This document shows positions 22,878 to 33,046 of a stretch of DNA of 64,000 nt, one piece after another. A model generated the notes under the pieces. It was given only the letters and a program-made list of their open reading frames with translations. It had not been told where the DNA came from and did no database searches. The stretch comes from an uncultured Gemmatimonadales bacterium (lineage in GTDB: Bacteria > Gemmatimonadota > Gemmatimonadetes > Gemmatimonadales > GWC2-71-9): the NCBI GenBank assembly GCA_963825055.1, contig CAWGSK010000015.1, positions 64,001 to 128,000 on the forward strand, read 5' to 3'. The position numbers and the translations under genes are program-made. Numbering within the stretch: the first letter of the stretch is position 1; every line of letters starts with the position of its first letter.

Positions 22878-23300
22878 CTATTCTGTCGCGAAGATCGTGG
22901 CCGAATCCCGGAAAGCCTTGAATTCCAGCGCGTTACCCGACGGGTCCAGCAGGAACATGGTGGCCTGTTCGCCGGGCTTCCCGCGGAAGCGGATGCCGGG
23001 CTCGATGATGAACTTTACGCCGGCCTCCCGCAGCCGGGCGGCCAGCCGCTCCCACTCTTCCCACCCAAGGATGACCCCGAAGTGGCGTACGGGCACGTCA
23101 TGGCCATCCACGCGGTTGGTCGGCCCGCCGGCCGCCGCCGGCGCCAGGTGAGCGACGATCTGGTGCCCATAAAAGTCAAAGTCCACCCACTCGCTGCTGC
23201 TCCGGCCCTCGGCGCAGCCAAGGAGCTCCCCATAGAACCCCCGGGTGACGGACAGGTCCTGTACGGGGAAGGCAAGGTGGAAGGGAGGCAGGTTGGCCAT
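22878..23300 (-). CDS. VOC/glyoxalase family protein
   Basis: [36 protein letters not shown]. Confidence 0.9.
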   Translation of the reverse strand: MANLPPFHLAFPVQDLSVTRGFYGELLGCAEGRSSSEWVDFDFYGHQIVAHLAPAAAGGPTNRVDGHDVPVRHFGVILGWEEWERLAARLREAGVKFIIEPGIRFRGKPGEQATMFLLDPSGNALEFKAFRDSATIFATE

Positions 23301-23318
23301 GGGGTCGACCAGTATGAG

Positions 23319-23422
23319 GGCGGACAGGACGGACAAGACGGTCCAAAAGGAGATACAGTCAACAACTACCTTCCCGATTCCCGATTCCCGATTCCCGACA
23401 CCCGACCGCCGACTGCCGACTA
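23319..23422. repeat. GGACAGGAC-type array plus (TTCCCGA)4-degenerate heptamer array
   Basis: Direct reading: G-rich units at 23319-23342, C-rich heptamers at 23371-23419 abutting the M14 stop. Confidence 0.85.
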
Positions 23423-25141
23423 ACGCTTCCTCGTATCCACCCCGCCCTTTTCGGAGTCGGCTGTGACGGTGAACGGCCCCCGCCCCCTCACGAGCCACCG
23501 GACGGTGACGGTGCCCATGCCCGGAATGTTGTCGACGTCGATCCGGGCCGGGTGCAGCTTCTGTTCCCGTGCGAGGTTCTGGCGCGGATCCTCGACCACG
23601 AACCCTGCCACCACCTCGCCCCCGGCCAGCGCGATCCGGTCCGGACGCGTAATGTGATGCTCCAGGTCCTGCTGGGTATGCGTGGCCACGAGTCGAGTGT
23701 TGGCGACCACGGCCGTGACTTCCGTGAGGCCGCCGCCCATGTCCCGGGTGATGATGGAATCAACATGCACCAGCGGCATCTGGCTGGCCTGGTACAGCGT
23801 GAAAGCCATGTTCCGGTGCGCCTCGGCCGGCAGGAGGAAGCCGGGAATGGCGCGCGTGTACTGCTTCTTGACGCCGCCCACCTCGATGGCGCCATACTGG
23901 GGATGCTGGACCGGCGTCCAGGGGACCACGGCCTCCTGGAAGAGGAGCAGCCGGTCGAACCGGTAGTCGACGTCATCGTATTCCTCGCGGGATTCGGGCT
24001 TCGAGAAATAGTTGAACGCCGTCCACAGCTCGTTGCTGAACGTCACCACGCCCAGGGCGCCATAGAACCAGTCGAGCTCGCCACCCCACACCGTGTACAG
24101 GTCCTTCCACACGACCATGTATTTGTAGCCGGGCAGGATCTCCTCGCCCCGGTGCCCGATGACGTCGTAGGTCCGGACGTCCTGCGGCCGGTACTCATCC
24201 CCCTGCTCGCCTGGACCCCGGAGGATCATGCCGCCGTTGTTGTGGTAGGTCTGTGCGCCCGCGATGTTCGGATGTGCGTAGCCGAATGCCATGACGGCCC
24301 GAGTCTCGGGCAGGGACGTCGGGTAGTAGTCGGCTCCGCCCTGGACGTACTGCGGCTGCCAGTTCCAGGGCCAGTTCCGGTTCGGGTCATAGTAGCCCGG
24401 CCCGTCCTCGTTTACCCGGCCGTCACCGTCGTTGTCCACGCCTTCATAGCCGAGCAGGTCCCATTCGCCGGCCTCGTCCGGGCGGGCACGGATCATCAGC
24501 CGCGGGTCCACCGGCGAAGTCTTCCAACGGCCGCGCGGATCCCGGCGGCGCATCATGGTGATGAAGCCGTCGCCGTTCAGGTCGTCGTAGCCGTCCTCGT
24601 CCACCGCTCCGTCGCCGTCATCGTCCCGGGGCGCGAGGCCACTGCGGGGCGAGTGGGGGTTGTCGGCTTCCTTCAGGAAGTGCTCCCGACCGTCCGGATT
24701 GATGGTGGGAATGATGTAGAACACCCGTTCGTTGAGCAGGCTGTCCACCCACGGCACCCGGTCGGCCATCTCGCAGAGGTACCACGCCGTATATAGCGCG
24801 ATCTCCGTGCCCTGGATCTCGTTCGAGTGGATGTTGCCGTCGATGTACATCGCCGGCTTCCGGTCCGGGTCGCCCACCTTGAAATTGGTGACTGTCAGGA
24901 GCCAGAGCTCACGGCCCTCCACGCTCTTCCCGATCGAGCCGAGCCGGCAGCGGTCGGGCCAGGCGGCCTGGAGCTTCCGGCCGATCTCGCCGATGGCCGC
25001 GTGATCGTAGTAGCGGTCCCAGTGGGCGGGGACCTTCGGGTCTGGTGGCGCACCCAGCGCGGCCAGGGCGCCGGCCTGGGCGGAAGCGCCGGCGAGAGGG
25101 AACGCGAGCAGCGCGGCCAGCAACAGGAGTGGGCGGTTCAT
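23420..25141 (-). CDS. Secreted M14 zinc carboxypeptidase-family protein (intact active site)
   Basis: GNIHSNE (HxxE), NPDG, DPNRNW, TYHN, SNELW; DxDGDG Ca-binding-like loops. Confidence 0.88.
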   Translation of the reverse strand: MNRPLLLLAALLAFPLAGASAQAGALAALGAPPDPKVPAHWDRYYDHAAIGEIGRKLQAAWPDRCRLGSIGKSVEGRELWLLTVTNFKVGDPDRKPAMYIDGNIHSNEIQGTEIALYTAWYLCEMADRVPWVDSLLNERVFYIIPTINPDGREHFLKEADNPHSPRSGLAPRDDDGDGAVDEDGYDDLNGDGFITMMRRRDPRGRWKTSPVDPRLMIRARPDEAGEWDLLGYEGVDNDGDGRVNEDGPGYYDPNRNWPWNWQPQYVQGGADYYPTSLPETRAVMAFGYAHPNIAGAQTYHNNGGMILRGPGEQGDEYRPQDVRTYDVIGHRGEEILPGYKYMVVWKDLYTVWGGELDWFYGALGVVTFSNELWTAFNYFSKPESREEYDDVDYRFDRLLLFQEAVVPWTPVQHPQYGAIEVGGVKKQYTRAIPGFLLPAEAHRNMAFTLYQASQMPLVHVDSIITRDMGGGLTEVTAVVANTRLVATHTQQDLEHHITRPDRIALAGGEVVAGFVVEDPRQNLAREQKLHPARIDVDNIPGMGTVTVRWLVRGRGPFTVTADSEKGGVDTRKR

Positions 25142-26904
25142 CGGTTCCCCCGGTCGGCGCGGAGGGTGAGCGGATAGCTGGCCATGCCGGCCACGGGACT
25201 GCTGGCGCGCAGCGTCACGCGCGAGCCCGGGTCGCCCACGACGACCCAGGTGAGTTCATGCGACCTGCCGCTGCCGGGAATGGGGTCCAGCAGCTGCGTG
25301 GTGCGTCCGCCGGTCAGGGACTGGTTGGCGCCGGTGACCAGCTCGACCCGGATCCGGCGGGGCCAGCGGACCATGCCGCCCAGTTCCGACTGGGTCGGCA
25401 GGTATCCCGCATTCGAGATCTCGGCGGTGATGCGGAAGACCCGGCTGCCCAGCGCCTCGACGCGCACGTTGCGTACCTCGGCACGTGGCAGCGCCTCGAG
25501 CATCGAGCGCACGAACGCCACCTGGCCCGGCGCGATCGAATCGAGCATGGCCGCCGGCGGGTTGGTCCGGGCAAACGGGCGGAACCCGCCGACCTCCACC
25601 CGGCGATTGGGAAAGTCGGGGTGCGGGATCTCCGTCCAGGCGATGATGCCGTCGGGGCGGTTCGCCCTCAACCAGGCGAGCGCCTGGCGGTCCTCCGCGA
25701 GCGGGTCGTCTTTTTTCTCCCCGCCTCCGCCGGCTCGCGCCATCTTCGGTCTCGCCTCCCCGCTGTCGGCGCTCTCCTTCGCCGCCGGCGGCCACCAGGC
25801 CGGCGCGCCGAAGGCCCAGCGGCCCATGTGGTAGTAGGAGAAGGAAAGCGGGTCTCCCTCGAGCGCGGCCGATGCGGGCCCCTTCTCGCGCCCGGTCGCT
25901 TCGCGGTAGCGGCGCGCCATCTCGGCGAACCACGGTGCGTCATCGTCCGTCACTGAAGTGAGCGGACGGCGCGAGCGCCCTCCGCCCTCGCTGCTCCCCC
26001 CGGCCGCTTTCTTGTGCTCCCATGCCTTGAGCAGGTTGTCCTGCGGGCCGAGGACATACACCTCGGTGACATTGGGATGGTCCACGAAGAACTGCGCGAT
26101 GGCGCGGGCCTCGGGCGCGTCGAACGGGTAGCGGCCCGCCGCCTCGCCGAAGAACGAATAGCCGTAACTGAAATTCCGGTTGATGTCGATGCCGCCCGGC
26201 GGGTCCTCGTTCCACTGCTCATCCCCGTCGGTGTCGGTCCCCTCGACCATCAGGCGGTACCGGCCTGATTCCCCCTTCGCCGGGTCGGCCTTCCGCATCA
26301 GCACGGGGTCGGCGGAGTCGGCAATCCACTCACCCGCCGGGTCCTCCACCCGCATCATCGTGATCAGGCCGTCGCCGTTCAGGTCCTCGGGCCCGTCCTC
26401 GTCCACCGCCTGGTCCCGGTCATCGTCCATGGCGGCCCCGTTGCGGATCCGTTCCATGAGCGGTTTGCCGAACATCGCTTCGGCGGCGTCAGGGTTCGCG
26501 CGGGGGATCACGTAGAGCGTGGTCCGCCCGAGCAGCCCCTTGAGTGCCGTGTCGCCGGCCGCGCCTTCCGCGAGGCGCGTGGCCACCGCGAGCGCGACCT
26601 CGCTGCCCGCGACATGAGTGCCTTCCGCATTGGCGATGACCAGCAGGGCCGGTCGCTCGTCCACGTCATCCCCGCGGCCGAGCCGTACTGCATAGACCGG
26701 GCGGCCGCCGGGTGAGCGCGCCAGCTCGGTGACCCGGACCAGGCCGCCCTGCGCGCCGGCCAGGCGATCGAATGCGGTGCGGAGTGCCGCGGCATCATGG
26801 TAGGCGGCTTGTGCCGCGAGGGGCCGGCCGGCGACCGTGACGGCCAGCAGGAGGGCCAGGCCGAGGGCCGCCGGGACTGGGGTTCTGTGGGGAAGCAGAG
26901 CCAT
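25138..26904 (-). CDS. Secreted M14-family paralog with degenerate zinc ligands
   Basis: Same scaffold (NPDA, DINRNF, DLNGDG), but ANAEGTH replaces GNIHSNE and VLGPQ replaces YHN. Confidence 0.8.
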   Translation of the reverse strand: MALLPHRTPVPAALGLALLLAVTVAGRPLAAQAAYHDAAALRTAFDRLAGAQGGLVRVTELARSPGGRPVYAVRLGRGDDVDERPALLVIANAEGTHVAGSEVALAVATRLAEGAAGDTALKGLLGRTTLYVIPRANPDAAEAMFGKPLMERIRNGAAMDDDRDQAVDEDGPEDLNGDGLITMMRVEDPAGEWIADSADPVLMRKADPAKGESGRYRLMVEGTDTDGDEQWNEDPPGGIDINRNFSYGYSFFGEAAGRYPFDAPEARAIAQFFVDHPNVTEVYVLGPQDNLLKAWEHKKAAGGSSEGGGRSRRPLTSVTDDDAPWFAEMARRYREATGREKGPASAALEGDPLSFSYYHMGRWAFGAPAWWPPAAKESADSGEARPKMARAGGGGEKKDDPLAEDRQALAWLRANRPDGIIAWTEIPHPDFPNRRVEVGGFRPFARTNPPAAMLDSIAPGQVAFVRSMLEALPRAEVRNVRVEALGSRVFRITAEISNAGYLPTQSELGGMVRWPRRIRVELVTGANQSLTGGRTTQLLDPIPGSGRSHELTWVVVGDPGSRVTLRASSPVAGMASYPLTLRADRGNR

Positions 26905-26963
26905 GATCCGTTCTTGTTGGAAGGGGTGGTGGAAGCTGGCCCGAAAGCAGCCGGATGACAAGT

Positions 26964-28493
26964 TCAGATGCCGCGCGGGCGCACCGACCGTTCCACGGCC
27001 GCCAGCGTCCCGTCGACGGCGAGGGCCAGCAGCGCGGCCGGGATGGCGCCGGAGAGGATCATGCGCGGATCCGAGAGTGCCAGGCCGGCCACGATCGGGT
27101 CACCGAGACCGCCCGCCCCGATGAACGCGGCGAGCGTGGCCGTGCCGACATTGATGACCGCGGCGGTGCGGATGCCGGCCATGATGACCGGCGCAGCCAG
27201 CGGGAGCCGCACATGACGGAGTACCTGGAAAGGCGTCATGCCCAGGGCGGTCGCGGGACCGGCGACGCTGCTCCCCGCCTGGCGCAGGCCGCTGTACGTG
27301 TTCCGGAGGATCGGGTACAGCGAATAGAGAAACAGCGCCACCAGTGCCGGTACCACGCCGATGCCGAGCAGCGGGATCATGAACGCGAGCAGGGCGATGC
27401 CCGGAATTGTCTGCAGCAGCCCGACACCGCGAACAGCGGTCTCCGCCATCGCCGGAAGCCGCGTGAGAGCCAGGCCCAGCGGCACGGCGACGAGGATCGC
27501 CGCGACGAGGGACAGCGCAACGAGGAGCAGGTGGCGGCCGGTGAGCGAGAGCAGGTGGGCACGCCCGGATACGAGATACGCAAGGAAGCCCGGACGTTCC
27601 GGCGCCGTGGAGACGGCCCCGGTCGAGTCCGCCATGCCGATCTCCCGGAGGGCATCCGCCGCCACCCGGCCCACCGGCTCGTTGTCCACTTCCACGCGCC
27701 GGTTCCATCGGCGCACCATCGCCAGGTTCATTCGCCCGGAGAGGCGCGCCAGCGCCGCGATGGCAGCCGGCTGCTCCTCCGCCAGCCGCCGGCCGGCCAC
27801 TGCCGCTGCTTCATAGGGCGGGAAGAACCGCCGGTCGTCCTCCAGGACGGTGAGGTCGTAACGCGCAATCAATCCATCGGTCGAGTAGCCGTCGATCACG
27901 TCGACCCGGCCGGCGGCGAGAGCCTGGTACTTGACCGCCTGCAGGAGGGACCGGACGTCCTTCAGGTGGAGGTCGTAGGCGCCGGCAAGGCCGGGCAGCC
28001 CGTCGGGCCGGCCGATGAAATCCGGCGTGAAGCCCCCGATGAGGTGGGGAGACTCCCGCGCAAGGTCACTCAGTGTCCGCAATCCCAGCGAATCCGCCAT
28101 CGGGGTGCGGACGGCGATGGCGTAGGTGTTCTCGAACCCGAGCGGCGGCAGCCACTGGATGCCCCAGCGGCGATGGAACTCGGTCGCGACGCGGGTGAAG
28201 GCTGAGTGCGGGTTGGTGGCCGGCGATTCGTGGAGAATGGCCGTGAGGCCCGTGCCCGTGTATTCGGGGTATACGTCGATCCCGCCGTTCCGGAGGGCCT
28301 GAAACGCGATCTCGGTGGCGCCGAGTCCGGGACGGCGGCTGACCCGGAATCCTGCCTGCTCCAGGGTCTGCGCAAACATCTCTGCCAGCAGGTAGGACTC
28401 CGCGAACGGCTTTGAGGCCACGATGACTGGATCCTGCGCCCGCGCGGTGGCTGGGGAAAGCAGTGCGAGCGCCAGGCACCAGGGCCTACGCAT
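26964..28493 (-). CDS. Betaine/ergothioneine-type ABC transporter, fused substrate-binding + permease (OpuBC-OpuBB/EgtU-like)
   Basis: ASKPFAES, YPEYTGT, GFENTYA, YSTDG, FFPPY; C-terminal TMD QTIPGIAL, ALGMT, GAGGLG. Confidence 0.88.
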   Translation of the reverse strand: MRRPWCLALALLSPATARAQDPVIVASKPFAESYLLAEMFAQTLEQAGFRVSRRPGLGATEIAFQALRNGGIDVYPEYTGTGLTAILHESPATNPHSAFTRVATEFHRRWGIQWLPPLGFENTYAIAVRTPMADSLGLRTLSDLARESPHLIGGFTPDFIGRPDGLPGLAGAYDLHLKDVRSLLQAVKYQALAAGRVDVIDGYSTDGLIARYDLTVLEDDRRFFPPYEAAAVAGRRLAEEQPAAIAALARLSGRMNLAMVRRWNRRVEVDNEPVGRVAADALREIGMADSTGAVSTAPERPGFLAYLVSGRAHLLSLTGRHLLLVALSLVAAILVAVPLGLALTRLPAMAETAVRGVGLLQTIPGIALLAFMIPLLGIGVVPALVALFLYSLYPILRNTYSGLRQAGSSVAGPATALGMTPFQVLRHVRLPLAAPVIMAGIRTAAVINVGTATLAAFIGAGGLGDPIVAGLALSDPRMILSGAIPAALLALAVDGTLAAVERSVRPRGI

Positions 28494-29241
28494 CGAACCG
28501 CTCGAGGTGCGCGCGGTCCAGGAGCTGCCGGACGTACGGAGTCGCCGGACGGTTGACCAGGTCCCGCGGCCCGGCCACCTGCTCGATTGCGCCGCGGTAG
28601 AGGACCACGATGCGGTCGGCGAGGAGCAGCGCCTCGCGCAGGTCGTGCGTCACCAGGAGCGTCGTCACCCCGACTTCCCGGCGGAGTGCGGCGAAGGCGT
28701 CCTGCAGCTCGCCTCGGGTGATTGCGTCAAGCGCCCCGAACGGTTCGTCCAGGAGCAGGACACCGGGGTGGCAGGCCAGGGCCCGCGCAATGGCAACGCG
28801 CTGGCGCTGCCCGCCCGACAGGTCGCGTGGCCAGCGCGTGCCGAATTTGTCCACCGGCAGCCCGACCATTGCCAGTGCCGCAGTGGCGAGAGCAGCGCGG
28901 TCGTCGCGCCTGGTGAGCCAGGGCACCAGCTCGACGTTCCGGCGGACGGTCCAGTGCGGAAGCAGGCCGCCCTCCTGCGGCACGTACCCGATGCGGCGGC
29001 GGAGCGGGACCGGGTCGACCTTCGCGACATCGACGCCACCGACCGTGACCTCCCCGCCGTCGGGCACGACCATGCGGTTGAAACAGCGGAGCAGCGTGGT
29101 TTTGCCCGAGCCACTCTCTCCCACCAGCGCCACGCACTCCCCCGGTCCGACGGTGAGCGAGACACCGGCGAGGGCCTCGACGGTCCCATAGGTCTTCCGG
29201 ACCCCGTTCGCCATGAGGGCCGTGCCCGCCGGGCCGGTCAC
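28486..29241 (-). CDS. ABC transporter ATP-binding protein (OpuA/ProV-like)
   Basis: GESGSGKT, LSGGQRQRV, LLDEPFGALD, VTHD. Confidence 0.92.
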   Translation of the reverse strand: MTGPAGTALMANGVRKTYGTVEALAGVSLTVGPGECVALVGESGSGKTTLLRCFNRMVVPDGGEVTVGGVDVAKVDPVPLRRRIGYVPQEGGLLPHWTVRRNVELVPWLTRRDDRAALATAALAMVGLPVDKFGTRWPRDLSGGQRQRVAIARALACHPGVLLLDEPFGALDAITRGELQDAFAALRREVGVTTLLVTHDLREALLLADRIVVLYRGAIEQVAGPRDLVNRPATPYVRQLLDRAHLERFDA

Positions 29242-29250
29242 GCGGGTCGC

Positions 29251-30624
29251 TCAGGACCTGAGGGCATAGCGGTCCAGCTTCATGAGGGCGCTCTGGAGTC
29301 CCTCGGCGAATGTCGGGTGCACCATTTCCGAGTCCACCACCGCCCGGGCAGTGGCTCCCGCCTTCATGAGGGCGACGAACACGTGGATCAACTCTCCCGC
29401 CTCCACGCCGACGATCGATGCACCGAGGATATGCTCGTTCTCCGGGTCCACCAGCACCTTGACCAGGCCCGCCGTCTGGTCGGTTTCCTGTGCCCGGGCG
29501 ATGGCCTTCCATGGCAGGGTCGCGAGCTCGAACGGGATCCCCTGCTGGCGGGCCCTCCGCTCCGACAGGCCCACCGTCGCCACCTGGGGATCGGTGAAGA
29601 CCGTGGTGGGCACGATCCGGTCGGCACGGGTGCGGAGGCCCGTGCCGGTCAGCAGGTCGAAGAGGATCCGGTGGTCGTCCCAGGAGGCATGGGTGAACTG
29701 GGGGCCACCGGTGATATCGCCTACGGCGTACACCCCTTCCGCCGAGGTGCAGTAGTGCTCGTCCACCTGGATGAAGCCGCGCTCGTCCAGGGCTATGCCG
29801 GCCGGCTCACAGCCCAGGTCGTCAGTATTGGGCCTGCGTCCGGCGGCCACCAGAAGGTGGCTTCCCCGCACCTTGCGCCGGTTGGCGAGGGTCACGACCA
29901 GGCCTTTTTCATCCTGTCCCACGCTCCGGACGGAGGAACCGAGACGGAGGGTGATGCCCTCTTCGCTGAAGACACCCTCGAGGGCTTCTGAGACATCCTG
30001 GTCCTCGCGGCTCAGGAGATGGTCATTGTGGTCGACCAGGGTCACCCGGGAGCCGAACCGGCGGAACATCTGGCCTAATTCGCAGCCGATGTACCCACCA
30101 CCGATGATCACGAGGTGCTTCGGCAGTTCGCGGAGGTCCATGATGCGACCATTGTCGTACCAGGATACCGAGTCGAGGCCCTCGAGCTGTGGAACCGCCG
30201 GACGGCATCCGGCATTGATGATGACATGGTCGGCCGTATGGGATTCGTCGCCGGCGGAAAGCGTCCGCGGGCCGGTAAAGCATGCGGCCTCGCGCACCAG
30301 GCTGAGCCGGTCTCCGGCTTTCTCCAGCCGCTGGCGCACGCTGCTCCGCCACTGCTGGACGATGCCGTCCTTCCGGTCCACGACCGTCGGCAGGTCTACC
30401 TTGACCCGTCCCGTGCGCACGCCCAGGCGGCCGGCTCCACGAGCCACGTGGGCTGCCCGGGCGCTCGCGATCATGGTCTTGGTTGGCGTGCACCCGGTGT
30501 TGACGCAGGTTCCACCGAGGTGACCCCGCTCGGCCAGGAGCACCCGGCGGCCCGATTCGGCCAGCCGTGCTGCCAGGGGGACGCCGGCCTGACCCGCGCC
30601 GACGACAATGATGTCGTAGTGCAT
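29251..30624 (-). CDS. Class I pyridine nucleotide-disulfide oxidoreductase (MerA/RclA-like; lacks MerA C-terminal Cys pair)
   Basis: GAGQAG, GGTCVNTGCTPTK redox disulfide, GGGYIG, AVGD, HPTFAE. Confidence 0.88.
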   Translation of the reverse strand: MHYDIIVVGAGQAGVPLAARLAESGRRVLLAERGHLGGTCVNTGCTPTKTMIASARAAHVARGAGRLGVRTGRVKVDLPTVVDRKDGIVQQWRSSVRQRLEKAGDRLSLVREAACFTGPRTLSAGDESHTADHVIINAGCRPAVPQLEGLDSVSWYDNGRIMDLRELPKHLVIIGGGYIGCELGQMFRRFGSRVTLVDHNDHLLSREDQDVSEALEGVFSEEGITLRLGSSVRSVGQDEKGLVVTLANRRKVRGSHLLVAAGRRPNTDDLGCEPAGIALDERGFIQVDEHYCTSAEGVYAVGDITGGPQFTHASWDDHRILFDLLTGTGLRTRADRIVPTTVFTDPQVATVGLSERRARQQGIPFELATLPWKAIARAQETDQTAGLVKVLVDPENEHILGASIVGVEAGELIHVFVALMKAGATARAVVDSEMVHPTFAEGLQSALMKLDRYALRS

Positions 30625-30762
30625 ATCGTTCCCATGCTGGAGGATGCGCCGGAACGGGGCCCGCTGGAACCGGGGGCCCCCCGATGGGGTTTATACTCCA
30701 ATATATCCACCGCCCGAGCCCGGCCTCCCGAGGCACGGTGCCACACCGGAGGCCTCCCCCGC

Positions 30763-32100
30763 ATGACAACCTTCCCGACCATCACGGCCGCGGGACTCGA
30801 CCGTACACAGGTCGTTGAACTCCTGACGGAAGCCCGCGCGAGGACACTTCTCCTCGTGGGTCCGCTCGACGAGGAGGATCTCCGCCGCCAGCACGACACC
30901 CTGATGAGCCCGATCCTGTGGGACCTGGGGCATATCGCGCATTTCGAGGAAGTCTGGCTCGCCCACAACATCCTTTCCGGCGGCTCCGGGACGGAGGGGC
31001 TGTCCGGGATCTTTGACCCGTTCACCAATCCGCGTGCGGTACGCGGCGGTCTCCCGCTTCCGGGAATGAAGGACACCCTCCTCGACCTCGCCGGCATCCG
31101 CCAGCGCGTCCTGCGGCGCCTGGAAGACCTGGACTTCGACGCGGCCTCGCCGCTGCTCCGGGACGGCTACGTGTTCCGGATGGTTCTTCAGCACGAATAC
31201 CAGCACAACGAGACCATCCTGCAGACCCTGCAGCTGAAGACCGGCACGCCGTATCGCGCTCCGCGGGCGATGCAGCCGGTCGCGCGGCCGATTGCCGGGC
31301 CGGCAGGGCTCGTGGACGGGATGGTCCGGTTCCCGGGCGGGACGGTGGAAATCGGCACGGATGACCGGAGCGCGGCATACGACAACGAACGGAGCCGGCA
31401 TGCCGTCACCCTTCCGCCCTTCCGGATCGACCGGGTGCCGGTAACGAATGCGATGTACCGGGACTTCGTGGAGGATGGTGGTTACCGCCGGCCCGAACTC
31501 TGGTCCGAAGCAGGGCGGGCGTGGCTCGAGGAATCGAGGAGCGAGGCGCCGAAGTTCTGGAGCAGCGAAGGCGGGGCATGGTTCGAGCGGCATATGGACC
31601 TGACGGCGCCGCTCGACCCTGACCGGCCAGTCTGCCATGTCTGCTGGTACGAGGCGGACGCGTTCGCCCGCTGGGCGGGCAAACGGCTTCCCACGGAACA
31701 GGAGTGGGAGGCAGCCGCCTCGTGGGATCCGCTTACCGGACAGAAGCGCCCCTACCCCTGGGGAGACGAGCCGCCCACCGCGCTCCATGCCGGGCTTGAC
31801 CAGCTCGCTTTCGCGCCGGCCCCGGTCGGCGCGTTCCCGCTCAATGTCTCGCCGATCGGGTGCTACGGCATGATCGGCGACGTCTGGGAATGGACGGCCA
31901 GCGACTTCACGGCGTACCCCGGGTTCGAGAGTTTCCCCTATCGCGAGTATTCGGAGGTGTTCTTCGGCGCCGAGTACAAGGTGCTGCGCGGCGGCAGCTG
32001 GGCGACCCGTCCCGGCGCCATCCGGAACACCTTCCGGAACTGGGACTACCCCATCCGGCGCCAGATTTTCGCCGGGCTCCGGTGCGCGCGCGATGACTGA
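30763..32100 (+). CDS. egtB: Ergothioneine sulfoxide synthase EgtB (type I, gamma-Glu-Cys-using signature)
   Basis: DinB-like MSPILWDLGH, QHEYQHNE (HxxxHxE), FGE-sulfatase domain, YSEVFF, RNWDYPIRRQIF. Confidence 0.92.
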   Translation: MTTFPTITAAGLDRTQVVELLTEARARTLLLVGPLDEEDLRRQHDTLMSPILWDLGHIAHFEEVWLAHNILSGGSGTEGLSGIFDPFTNPRAVRGGLPLPGMKDTLLDLAGIRQRVLRRLEDLDFDAASPLLRDGYVFRMVLQHEYQHNETILQTLQLKTGTPYRAPRAMQPVARPIAGPAGLVDGMVRFPGGTVEIGTDDRSAAYDNERSRHAVTLPPFRIDRVPVTNAMYRDFVEDGGYRRPELWSEAGRAWLEESRSEAPKFWSSEGGAWFERHMDLTAPLDPDRPVCHVCWYEADAFARWAGKRLPTEQEWEAAASWDPLTGQKRPYPWGDEPPTALHAGLDQLAFAPAPVGAFPLNVSPIGCYGMIGDVWEWTASDFTAYPGFESFPYREYSEVFFGAEYKVLRGGSWATRPGAIRNTFRNWDYPIRRQIFAGLRCARDD

Positions 32101-33046
32101 CGCCCTGCCGCGGGAAACCCGGGCCTCCGACATGCTGGCGGAGGTCCAGGAGGGACTGAGCCGGCCCCTCAAGGAACTCTCGCCCAAGTATTTCTACGAT
32201 TTCGAAGGCTCCCGGCTGTTCGAGGAGATTACCAGGTTGCCGGAGTACTACCCGACCCGCACAGAGCGCGCGCTGCTGGAGCAGTGGATGCCGGCCTGGA
32301 TCGGGCGCATCCGGCCCGGGACGCTGGTGGAGCTGGGCGCGGGGAGCGCGGCCAAGACCCGCATCATCCTCGATGCGATGACTGCCGTGGGGGCCGCCGC
32401 ATACGTGCCCGTGGATGTGAGCGCGGAGTTCCTGGAGGCGACGGCGACCGGGTTGCGGACGGAGTACCCCGGACTGGACGTCCAGCCGCTGGTGGCCGAC
32501 ATCACCCGCCCGCTGGACCTGCCATCCGACACGCCGCGACCACGCCTTGTGGCCTTTCTCGGCAGTACGATCGGCAACCTTCCCTGGGACGCCTCGATCG
32601 CCCTTCTCGGGAATGTGGCCGGGGAAATGACTCCCGACGACCGGTTCCTGCTTGGCGTAGACCTCGTGAAGGACCGGTCCATCCTCGAGGCGGCCTACAA
32701 CGACGCGCAGGGAGTAACGGCGGCGTTCAATCTGAACATCCTGCGGGTCCTGAACCGTGAGCTGGGCGCGGATTTCGATCCGGAGGCGTTCCGGCACCAC
32801 GCGTTCTATGACGTGGAGCACCATCGCATCGAGATGCATCTCGTGTCGCTGGCCGACCAGTCCGTGCAGGTGCCGGGCGCCGGTACGTTCACGTTCCGGT
32901 CCGGAGAGTCAATGCGAACCGAGATCAGCCGCAAGTACGATCACGCGCGCACGGCTGCCCTGTTTGAGGGAGCCGGCCTGCGGCTCGAGACATGGCAACC
33001 CGATGCACGGGGCCGGTTCGCCCTGGCCCTCGGATCGGTGCCGTGA
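32093..33046 (+). CDS. egtD: L-histidine N-alpha-methyltransferase EgtD
   Basis: PKYFYD, LPEYYPTRTE, ELGAGS, FLGSTIGN, AYNDAQGVT, TEISRKY. Confidence 0.95.
   Translation: MTDALPRETRASDMLAEVQEGLSRPLKELSPKYFYDFEGSRLFEEITRLPEYYPTRTERALLEQWMPAWIGRIRPGTLVELGAGSAAKTRIILDAMTAVGAAAYVPVDVSAEFLEATATGLRTEYPGLDVQPLVADITRPLDLPSDTPRPRLVAFLGSTIGNLPWDASIALLGNVAGEMTPDDRFLLGVDLVKDRSILEAAYNDAQGVTAAFNLNILRVLNRELGADFDPEAFRHHAFYDVEHHRIEMHLVSLADQSVQVPGAGTFTFRSGESMRTEISRKYDHARTAALFEGAGLRLETWQPDARGRFALALGSVP

Noticed and set aside
29251..30624. Mercuric reductase merA or dihydrolipoamide dehydrogenase call
   Set aside because: No C-terminal Cys-Cys, NmerA domain or mer operon; not adjacent to the dehydrogenase genes. 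Left as an unassigned disulfide reductase.
30763..32100. Selenoneine synthase SenA or ovothiol OvoA
   Set aside because: No senB/selD neighbours and no fused methyltransferase; egtD and egtA context fits ergothioneine.
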